Shown: positions 62,114 through 64,000 of the stretch, piece after piece
Numbering within the stretch: position 1 is the stretch's first letter
How the letters are laid out: every line of letters starts with the position of its first letter
From: Malacoraja senta
Taxonomy: Eukaryota
Direction of reading: 5' to 3'
Length of the DNA: 64,000 bases
NCBI GenBank assembly: GCA_038087875.1
Contig: CM075979.1
Location: 38,316,001-38,380,000 of the forward strand
Notes under the pieces: generated by a model
Databases searched by the model: none
Told to the model about the DNA's origin: nothing
The model's input: only the letters and a program-made list of their open reading frames with translations
Made by a program: the position numbers and the translations under genes

Positions 62114-63821
62114 GCATTTTTTAGGCCAAACGGCATCCACAACCATTCGAACAGTCCAAAAGGGGTAATAATGGCGCTTAGGCACATCATCGAGGTGGAC
62201 AGGGATCTGGTGGTACCCTCGCACCAGATCAATTTTAAATCGGCCAACCCCCGACAAGGCGTCGTACACCACATCCCCACCACCAGCTCACCGCTCCATG
62301 CACGGGCGTGCAGGCTCCCGCCTGACAAGCTGTCAGAGCGCCGCACAATACCCATCTCCTCCATGCACTGGAATTCCTCCTTGGTAAGCCGCAGCTTGTC
62401 AGGCGGGAGCCTGGGCGCCCGTGCTTGGAGCGGTGAGCTGGTGGTGGGGATGTGGTGTACGACGCCTTGTCGGGGGTTGGCCGATTTAAACTGGGGGGTC
62501 AGGATTTCAGGGAATTCAGCCAGAATTTGAGCTTACACGTTGTCCGCGTCTGACACCGAGTCGAGGTGTGGGTTGTAGGCCACAACGGAATGAATGAGAC
62601 GTAGGCCCTTGACATCAACCAGCAGGGAGTAGGCCCATAGGAAGTCGGCGCCTAACAATGGTTGGGAGACATCGGCGATGGTAAACAGCCACGTGAAATG
62701 GCGGGAGCCGAAAACAAGGGGAAAGTATGAATCCCATAAGTCCGGATGGGGTTGCCGCTGACGGCGGTCAGGGTGGGGCCTCACTTACCGGAACGGGTGT
62801 CAACCCCGGACGGGGGCAGTATGCTGATCTCAGCCTCCCTGTCGACGAGGAATCAGAGCCTGGAATGACGGTCCCAGACGTAGAGGCAATGTTTCTGGCC
62901 GACCGCAATAGCCTCTACTGCTGATCGGCCGAAGCATTTCCCGGTGCTTACTGGAATCCGCTGCGGCCAGCTGTGGCGTGGTATTGTCGGAAGAAGGTGG
63001 AAAGGACCGTCACGGCCGTCGCAGAGCTGATGGAAGCGCCGTACTGTTGCTTGGCGAGCCACAGCTCGTCCGCTCACTCAGCGAGTTGCAGGGGATAGGC
63101 AAAGTCGCTACCGACGAAGAGCAGGCGGAAGTCGTCGGGCATCTGCTTGAGGAACGCCTGCTCGAAAAGACGACAAGGCTGGTGACGGTCCATCAGCGAA
63201 AGCATTTCGCTCATCAGCACCAACGTCTTGCGGTCACCAAGGCCGTCCATGTGCAGGATCCTGGCGGCCCGATCGCGGTGGCTGAGCCCAAAAGTACGCA
63301 GCAGCAGTGCCTTGAGGCCCTCATACTTGTTGTCGGCAGGCGGATGTTGAAGGTAAGGAAGCAATCGGGCGGCGGTTTCTTGGTTCATTGCGCCGACCAC
63401 ATAGAAATATTTAGTCAAATCAGCCACAATTTGCCGAATTTGAAATTGGGCCTCAATGTGCTGGAACCACACATGAGGCTGTACTGCCCAGTAAACGGGC
63501 AGGTTTAGCGAAACTGCATTTTGCTGGGCCGGGTTGGCGTTGAGGTTCTTGGCGGCGTGCATAATAACGGATCCGAAAAACGTTCGGATCGACGGGGTCA
63601 CCACTGTAGTGAGACCAGGCAGGTAGAGCAAAATGTTCTTTATTAGCGAAACAACACTCGAACTACGGTCAGGAATAAACGATCTAAGCTCTTGTCGTCG
63701 TGAGGAGCACCAGCTACTCAACATACTGAAAAGTCCGTGAACGAACCCCCGGTCACGTGACAGTCCCGACCAATGACGAGGGTTCTGAATACACAGCTTC
63801 ATCACTAGGTGCCGCAGAACA
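62114..63821 (-). mobile_element. 3'-truncated Gypsy-type LTR retrotransposon (LTR, PBS, gag, protease, partial RT)
   Basis: LTR TG...CA at 63821-63605 with AATAAA; PBS TGGTGACCCCG (63603-63593, tRNA-Trp-like); gag NAVSLNLPVYWAVQPHVWFQHIEAQF; IADVSQPLLGADFL; RT DLVRGYHQIPV and ITPFGLFEW. Confidence 0.88.
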
Positions 63822-64000
63822 TCCTCCCCACATCCACTCTATGCAGCCCTTTCACCTGTCAGTAAGTGTCAATGATGTTCCCCCTCATCCTTCTACACTC
63901 AAAGAGTTAGACTGGAGGAAGTATGGATAGTCTAGAAACCTGGGCAGCAAGAAGGGAATGGAGTTCGATCCTCAGAAGTGTGAGGTATGATGTGACAAAA

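Overview
Vertebrate genomic DNA, very likely from a cartilaginous fish (skate/ray-like, inferred from the V-SINE/CR1, Penelope-like and Rex1/Babar repeat mix). Two convergent host genes are present. The 3' 22 coding exons of NUP160 lie on the + strand (1377..43493, about 837 aa, all exon phases consistent, one U12-type GT-AG intron). A complete CD59-like Ly6/uPAR GPI-anchored gene lies on the - strand (CDS exons 54161-54215, 53456-53560, 51579-51796; 125 aa) with a CpG-island promoter at about 57.2-58.5 kb. Introns and intergenic DNA hold many retroelements, often nested: a near-intact Rex1/Babar LINE, CR1, L2 and RTE fragments, Penelope-like GIY-YIG fragments, V-SINEs, a truncated Gypsy element and several MITEs. 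The most notable observation is a ~140-bp TSD-flanked non-autonomous retroelement, present in two copies, whose 5' end folds by eye into a minimal HDV/CPEB3-like self-cleaving ribozyme. Also notable: a CD59 promoter tandem array of GC boxes and ATF4-type C/EBP-ATF sites, a candidate in-frame 57-nt NUP160 cassette exon, Penelope-derived mini-elements with a hammerhead-like core, and GC-rich non-coding elements with Rex1-like ends. All calls were made by eye without database searches; repeat boundaries are approximate.
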